DNA of 64,000 nucleotides from Alphaproteobacteria bacterium (lineage in GTDB: Bacteria; Pseudomonadota; Alphaproteobacteria; SP197): the NCBI GenBank assembly GCA_965228895.1, contig OZ245842.1:4384001-4448000 (forward strand), written 5' to 3'. Below, piece after piece: positions 58,909 through 64,000 of this stretch. Every line of letters starts with the position of its first letter. The first letter of the stretch is position 1. The translations under genes and the position numbers were made by a program. The notes under the pieces were generated by a model, which did no database searches, was not told where the DNA came from, and saw only the letters and a list, made by a program, of their open reading frames with translations.

Positions 58909-59679
58909 ATGAATCGTACCGCCGTTGCCATCTATCGAGAGACCGCCGGGTTCGGCCCGCACATTCGGCTGGGTCTGTTGTCGTTCCTGACGGTGATCGC
59001 AGTCCTCGTCTCTCTCGCCGCCCAGGCGAGTTCACAAAACGACGACATCGACGTAGCGTCGGCGCTGCCCGAAGACCTGACCGATATGGGTTGGTCGTTG
59101 CTGGAGGTCCCCGGCAAGCAGACCGCCGAGTTCAGCTATAGCGGCGCCGGCACGATCGATATCCGCGCCGACAACGCCGTCGCCTTTCTCTACCGTCCGG
59201 TGGACGCGGACGCGGCAAGTAAGAGCCGGCTCGGCTGGACCTGGCGGGTGGACGACGCCGTACCGCCGACTGATCTTTCGCGCGATAGCGGCGACGACCG
59301 CTCGCTCGCCGTGCACATCGTTTTTCCCGCCGATCATGACGCCCTGTCGTTTTGGGAAAGTCTCGAGAACTCCTTGACCGAACTGGTCGCGCCGCCGCTG
59401 GCGGGCAAGGTGCTGACCTATGTCTGGGGCGGCAGCCAGCCTCAAGGCACCGTCCTGGAAAACCCGCACTTCGGCGAGCAGGGAACGATCATCGTCCTGC
59501 GCAGCGGACGGGAACCGACCGGGCGCTGGATGATGGAAGAGATCGATTTCGAAGCCGATTTCCAGGCGGCCTTCGGTTACGCGCCGCCGGCCCCCGTCTT
59601 TGTTGCGATCTCCGCCGATAGCGACGACACAGGCAGTCGAACGGCCGGCGCCGTTGCGGATCTGACCTTCAAGGAATGA
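58909..59679 (+). CDS. DUF3047 domain protein
   Basis: LGWTWRV, GDDRSLAV, LTYVWG, NPH, VLRSG, ISADSDDTG; N-terminal TM or signal segment. Confidence 0.8.
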   Translation: MNRTAVAIYRETAGFGPHIRLGLLSFLTVIAVLVSLAAQASSQNDDIDVASALPEDLTDMGWSLLEVPGKQTAEFSYSGAGTIDIRADNAVAFLYRPVDADAASKSRLGWTWRVDDAVPPTDLSRDSGDDRSLAVHIVFPADHDALSFWESLENSLTELVAPPLAGKVLTYVWGGSQPQGTVLENPHFGEQGTIIVLRSGREPTGRWMMEEIDFEADFQAAFGYAPPAPVFVAISADSDDTGSRTAGAVADLTFKE

Positions 59680-60461
59680 CCTTGGTCACGAGCCCTCTGT
59701 CGGCCCGCCAAACACCTGACGATCGACGACGACTGAGACACCTGACGGCCAACGCAACGGCGCATCAATGGGATGCCGACTCCGCCATCGCCTGGGAGCG
59801 GGGCCCGCGGTTGCCGTTCTGGGTTTCGCGCGACAAGGCGTGTGATGCAGTCAGTCAGCTTTATCACGGTGAAGTCGCGACCAGCCGCATGTGCCGGACG
59901 CTGCTGCACGACATCAACGACGACGCGATACGCCATTGCCTCGGCTTTCAGTTGAGGGACGAGCGGCGCCACGCTGCCGTCTATGCGCGTTACCTCAACG
60001 GTCTCGGCCGCATCGCGCCGATGAATGACGACCTCCGACGCGCCCTGACCGCGGCCCATGATGGACCGCTTCACCCGGTCAGCACGATCCTTGCCTTCCA
60101 CGTCATCGTCGAAGGTGAGGTGTTGCGCCAGCAGGAGATGCTCGCGCGGCTGCTGCCCTGTCCCCTGCTGCGTCAAATCAACCGCCTCGTCGCACGCGAC
60201 GAAGCGCGCCACGTGGCGTTCGGCAAGATCTACCTGCAGGCTGCCCTTGCCGATGTTCCGCGCGAGACACGCGCCGAGCTATACACATGGCTCCACGGGA
60301 TCTGGCGCCAGGCAACAGCCTTCGCCGAAAACGACCGGCCACGCCGCAACGCCCTGGAACACGCGGCCCTTGTCCGGCTGCGCGGCGGTTGGCGACACCA
60401 TGACATCGCCCTGCGCCGGATCGGGATCAGCCCAAGTTCGGCGTGGAAGGCGGCCGCATGA
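59676..60461 (+). CDS. Ferritin-like diiron protein (AurF/desaturase-like ligand pattern)
   Basis: E (HGEVAT), DERRH, E (VEGE), DEARH form the E...ExxH...E...ExxH pattern; ATGA overlaps at both ends. Confidence 0.78.
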   Translation: MTLVTSPLSARQTPDDRRRLRHLTANATAHQWDADSAIAWERGPRLPFWVSRDKACDAVSQLYHGEVATSRMCRTLLHDINDDAIRHCLGFQLRDERRHAAVYARYLNGLGRIAPMNDDLRRALTAAHDGPLHPVSTILAFHVIVEGEVLRQQEMLARLLPCPLLRQINRLVARDEARHVAFGKIYLQAALADVPRETRAELYTWLHGIWRQATAFAENDRPRRNALEHAALVRLRGGWRHHDIALRRIGISPSSAWKAAA

Positions 60462-61186
60462 TCTCCGTCATCATTCCAACACTGAACGAGGCCGCGCGCC
60501 TTCCCGCGCTGCTGGCGCGCATGGCCGGCGAACCGACGGATCACGAAATCATCGTTGTCGATGGCGGCAGCGACGACGCCACCCCAGCCATCGCACGTTC
60601 GGCCGGCGCCACACTGCTCCAGACCGACCCGGGCCGGGGACGCCAGTTGGCCGAGGGCGCCCAAGCCGCGACAGGCGACGTTCTGCTGTTCCTGCATGCG
60701 GACTCGCGGTTTCCCGCGCAGGGCCTGCGCGCCATCGACCAGGCCCTGGAAAACGACATCACTTGCGTCGGCGGCAATTTCCGCCTCGTCTTCGACGGCG
60801 ACACCTCCTTTGCACAATGGCTTACGGGCTTCTATGCCTGGTTTCGCGCACGCGGTCTCTACTACGGCGATTCCGGCATTTTCGTCAGGCGGCGCGTCTA
60901 TCAGGCAATCGGCGGCATCCCTGCCATCGACCTCATGGAGGACTATGACTTCAGCCGGCGCCTGCAGCGATCCGGCCCGACATGCTGCTTGGATGAGCCG
61001 CCCCTGGTGACGTCATCGCGGCGTTTTGACGGTCGCTCGCCGTCAGCCATCGTCATCGGCTGGCTTGTGATCCATGGGCTTTATCACGCGCGCGTCTCAC
61101 CACGCCTGCTCGCCCGATACTACGCATGGCATTCCAGGCGTCAGCACACATTCATCGCAGCACAACATGGCGTGGAGGAAGCATGA
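60458..61186 (+). CDS. GT2 glycosyltransferase, TIGR04283-like (arsenosugar/rSAM-associated family)
   Basis: ISVIIPTLNEA, VVDGGSDD, GRGRQLAEGA, LLFLHAD, YGDSG, LMED, TSSRRF. Confidence 0.85.
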   Translation: MISVIIPTLNEAARLPALLARMAGEPTDHEIIVVDGGSDDATPAIARSAGATLLQTDPGRGRQLAEGAQAATGDVLLFLHADSRFPAQGLRAIDQALENDITCVGGNFRLVFDGDTSFAQWLTGFYAWFRARGLYYGDSGIFVRRRVYQAIGGIPAIDLMEDYDFSRRLQRSGPTCCLDEPPLVTSSRRFDGRSPSAIVIGWLVIHGLYHARVSPRLLARYYAWHSRRQHTFIAAQHGVEEA

Positions 61187-62070
61187 CTTTGACCCGTCGA
61201 AACGTTCTCACGCGCGGCGCACGCGCTGCCGGAATAGTCGCGCTCGGTCTGCCTCTGGCCGGCATCGCATCCTTCGAAGCGCTGTTTGCGCCGAAGGCTG
61301 ATCTCTGGCCGCGCTGGCAGGCTCACGACTCCGCGTCGACAGAGACGATCGATCACACAGCCTGGGACCGCCTGCTCGCGGCCTATCTGCATGACGACGG
61401 AGAAGGGCTCAACACGTTCGACTATGGCGGCGTCTCGGCATCCGACCGAGCGGCGCTCGACACCTACATCCAGGATCTCGCCGGCGTTCGGATCGACGGC
61501 TACAATCGCGACGAGCAGGTCGCCTATTGGGTCAATCTTTACAATGCGCTGACGGTTCAGGTGGTGCTCGACGCCTACCCCGTCGACAGCATACGCGACA
61601 TCGATATCTCACCCGGTCTGTTCGCCGACGGCCCATGGGACAAGACTCTGGCGACGGTCGAAGGCGAGGCCATCACGCTCAACGATATCGAGCACCGAAT
61701 CCTGCGGCCGATCTGGCGCGACCCCCGCATTCACTACGCCGTCAACTGCGCGGCGATCGGCTGCCCCAACCTGCAGCCGGTGGCGTTCACCGGCGCGAAC
61801 ACCGAACGTCTTCTCGACGACGGTGCGCGCGACTACGTTAATTCGCCACGCGGCGTGCGCCGTGGCGACAGGGGTTTGATCGTCTCCAGCATCTATGCCT
61901 GGTTCGAGGAGGATTTCGGCAGCGGCGACGCCGACATCATCGCCCACATAAAGCCCTTTGCCGGCCCGGCGCTCACCGCCACGCTGGAGGAGACCGACAT
62001 GATCTCCGGCTACGATTACGACTGGTCGCTCAACGATTATCGGCGTGAAGCCACACAGACCGGCAGCTAA
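61183..62070 (+). CDS. DUF547 domain protein with Tat signal
   Basis: TRRNVL Tat motif; AYWVNLYNA, TLNDIEH, DPRIHYAVNCAAIGCP, YDWSLN. Confidence 0.88.
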   Translation: MTLTRRNVLTRGARAAGIVALGLPLAGIASFEALFAPKADLWPRWQAHDSASTETIDHTAWDRLLAAYLHDDGEGLNTFDYGGVSASDRAALDTYIQDLAGVRIDGYNRDEQVAYWVNLYNALTVQVVLDAYPVDSIRDIDISPGLFADGPWDKTLATVEGEAITLNDIEHRILRPIWRDPRIHYAVNCAAIGCPNLQPVAFTGANTERLLDDGARDYVNSPRGVRRGDRGLIVSSIYAWFEEDFGSGDADIIAHIKPFAGPALTATLEETDMISGYDYDWSLNDYRREATQTGS

Positions 62071-63380
62071 CGCTCCCGGCCGGCCTTGCGCTGTTCCCAG
62101 TTGACCATGAAGGTCGCGGCGAGGTCGAGGAAGGGGCGCAGCGGGTTCTTTTGCGGTTTCGGAAACGCCAGCATGTCATCGAGCAGACCCGACGACGCGC
62201 CGACGATCATGTCGGCCAACAGTCGCCCGCCGATCGTGCCCTTCGCGACGCCGACGCCGTTCTGACAGACATGGGCCCAGACGTTGTCGGCAAGCTTGCC
62301 GAAATAGGGCGCGGCGTTGCGCGAGATGCAGATGTTGCCGCCCCAGGTGAACTCGAAGTCGACCTTGGGCAACATGGGAAAACGCGCACGGAACGCCTTT
62401 TCGTGCCAGACCTTCATTTTGTCGCGCTCGGCTTGCGTCATATACATTTTGGTGTTGTAGACGAAGGTGTTGCGCACGAAGATCCGGTGATCCTGGGTAT
62501 AGCGTAGGGTCGAGCCCATCTTGTCACCGGCGATGATGCCCCAGTCGCCTTCACCGCCGAGCGCCGCCTGCTCTTCCTCATCAAGCGGACGGGTCATCGA
62601 GCCCGACGCGAAGATCGGCAGGAGTTCGTTATCGAGAAACCCCAAGCCGCGGGTAAATCCGTTGGTCGCCAGCACCAGGTTGGGTGTGCGTAAACGTCCA
62701 CCCTTTGTCGTCAGCGTCACGGTCGGACCATACTCGATCTCGGTCACCGGCGAGTTCTCGATCAACTCGACGCTGTTGGGCAGCCATTGCGCCAGCCCGC
62801 GCGCGAGCGCTGCCGGCTGCATAAGAATGTTGCCCGGCGTGTGTACGCCTTCGCGGTAATAGGACGTGCCGATACGCGCGGCGAGCGCGGAGGCGTCCAG
62901 CTCCGTATAGGGTTCGTCGAGCGCGTCGAGGCCGCGCTTGAATTTCTGCAACTCCTCGATGCCTTTGTCTTCGATCGCGCAATGGAACTTGCCGCGCTCG
63001 CTCCACTGGCAATCGATGTTGTGGCTCTGGACGAGGTCGCGCAGCCAGTCGATCGCGGCGTGGTTCAGCCGGCGCGTGCGGTGGTTGACGGTCTGGTCCT
63101 CGATGTCGGTCGAGTCGACGTGATGCGGCAGGTCGATGATAAATCCGGCATTGCGGCCCGATGCGCCCTGCCCGGCCCGCTGCGCGTCAATCAGCACGAT
63201 GTGCTTGTCCGGCAGGTGGCTTGCCAACTGCCGCGCGACTGCCATGCCGGTGAAGCCGGCGCCCAGGATGACCCAGTCGGCGTCCTTGTCGCCCTGAAGC
63301 GGCGTCGCGGGATCAAGCGGCGACAGCGTGTTGATCCAACCGCAATCCGTATCGTCGTTGGGCAGTACGCTCACGCGCAT
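62067..63380 (-). CDS. FAD-dependent amine oxidoreductase (DAO/PuuB-OrdL-like), paralog of 44960-46264
   Basis: GAGFTG, ASGRNAGFIIDLPH, ATNG, CQNGVGVAKG. Confidence 0.88.
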   Translation of the reverse strand: MRVSVLPNDDTDCGWINTLSPLDPATPLQGDKDADWVILGAGFTGMAVARQLASHLPDKHIVLIDAQRAGQGASGRNAGFIIDLPHHVDSTDIEDQTVNHRTRRLNHAAIDWLRDLVQSHNIDCQWSERGKFHCAIEDKGIEELQKFKRGLDALDEPYTELDASALAARIGTSYYREGVHTPGNILMQPAALARGLAQWLPNSVELIENSPVTEIEYGPTVTLTTKGGRLRTPNLVLATNGFTRGLGFLDNELLPIFASGSMTRPLDEEEQAALGGEGDWGIIAGDKMGSTLRYTQDHRIFVRNTFVYNTKMYMTQAERDKMKVWHEKAFRARFPMLPKVDFEFTWGGNICISRNAAPYFGKLADNVWAHVCQNGVGVAKGTIGGRLLADMIVGASSGLLDDMLAFPKPQKNPLRPFLDLAATFMVNWEQRKAGRER

Positions 63381-63428
63381 GGCTCACCCCCTTTATGCCA
63401 GGGTCAGACTTTCGGTCCGAAGGCCCGG

Positions 63429-64000
63429 TCAGTCAATCAGCGCTTGGTTGACCAACACGCGCAGCTCGCGGCGCACCGGATAGGCCGATGACGGGATGAG
63501 CTGAGTCAGAAAGATCACCGTCATGTCTTCCTTAGGATCGACCCAGAACGCGGTCGATGCCATGCCGCCCCAGGCGTGTTCGCCCTTCGACGCCATGACC
63601 TGCGCCTTGGCCGGATCGATGACGACGGAGACGCCGAGCCCAAAGCCGATGCCCTCGAAGGTCGTCTCGTTCCAGGTCGCCTGACCCATCTCGGTGAGAT
63701 CACCCGGCAGATGGTTCATCGCCATGTAGTCGACGGTGCGCGAACCCAGGACACGTTCGCCGCCCAGCTCGCCACGCCGGCGCAGCATCTCCGCGAACCG
63801 GTGATAGTCGTTCAGCGTCGACAGGAGCCCACCACCGCCGGAAAAGCAGGTGACATCCTTCGCAAAGACACTGTCCTCAATGCCGTCGACGCGGCGGAAG
63901 CCTTCGTCCTCCTGTTCGTAACACGGCAGGTAGCGCGACAGTTTGTCATCGGGCACCTGGAAAAACGTGTCGTGCATGGCAAGCGGTTCGAACAGACGTT
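63429..64000 (-). CDS. Serine hydrolase (beta-lactamase family), 5' part outside the window
   Basis: PLAMHDTFF, SGGGGLLST, GFGLG, WGGMASTAFWVDP. Confidence 0.85.
   Translation of the reverse strand, partial: RLFEPLAMHDTFFQVPDDKLSRYLPCYEQEDEGFRRVDGIEDSVFAKDVTCFSGGGGLLSTLNDYHRFAEMLRRRGELGGERVLGSRTVDYMAMNHLPGDLTEMGQATWNETTFEGIGFGLGVSVVIDPAKAQVMASKGEHAWGGMASTAFWVDPKEDMTVIFLTQLIPSSAYPVRRELRVLVNQALID

Noticed and set aside
58909-62070. Selenocysteine readthrough in the TIGR04283-associated operon
   Set aside because: The TGA codons fall at natural domain ends and form ATGA start/stop overlaps, and I recognised no SECIS-like hairpin.

Overview
This is a GC-rich (~60-65% by eye) chromosomal window from an alphaproteobacterium, probably Rhodospirillales-like, judged from pckA-chvIG, ibpA+DUF1150, zf-CHCC and CIR-like repeats. 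It carries about 65 genes. Housekeeping and stress genes include tRNA-Arg(CCG), ogt, polA, a cold-shock protein, pckA, chvI/chvG, frmA/fghA, kup, zntB, mscS, and an ibpA with a sigma32 promoter and ROSE thermometer. There is also a protease-rimK-deacylase operon, a complete tungsten-type aldehyde oxidoreductase operon (aorABCD-like), and a long amine/aromatic catabolism region with two Rieske oxygenases, two PuuB-like oxidases and several MFS transporters. I saw no integrase, transposase, rRNA or CRISPR array. The best candidates for an undescribed system are (1) a ~1 kb low-GC two-gene insert pairing DUF2188 with an NDT/TIR-like protein, a possible minimal anti-phage module, and (2) a translationally coupled DUF3047 / diiron ferritin-like / TIGR04283 glycosyltransferase / Tat-DUF547 operon with a divergent Asp-box protein. 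Non-coding signals include two 141-bp GANTC-bearing double-hairpin repeats with compensatory base changes, two REP-like palindrome families with nested hairpin insertions, and a frameshifted MFS relic not shown in the ORF track. All family assignments come from motif recognition by eye; no database search was run.
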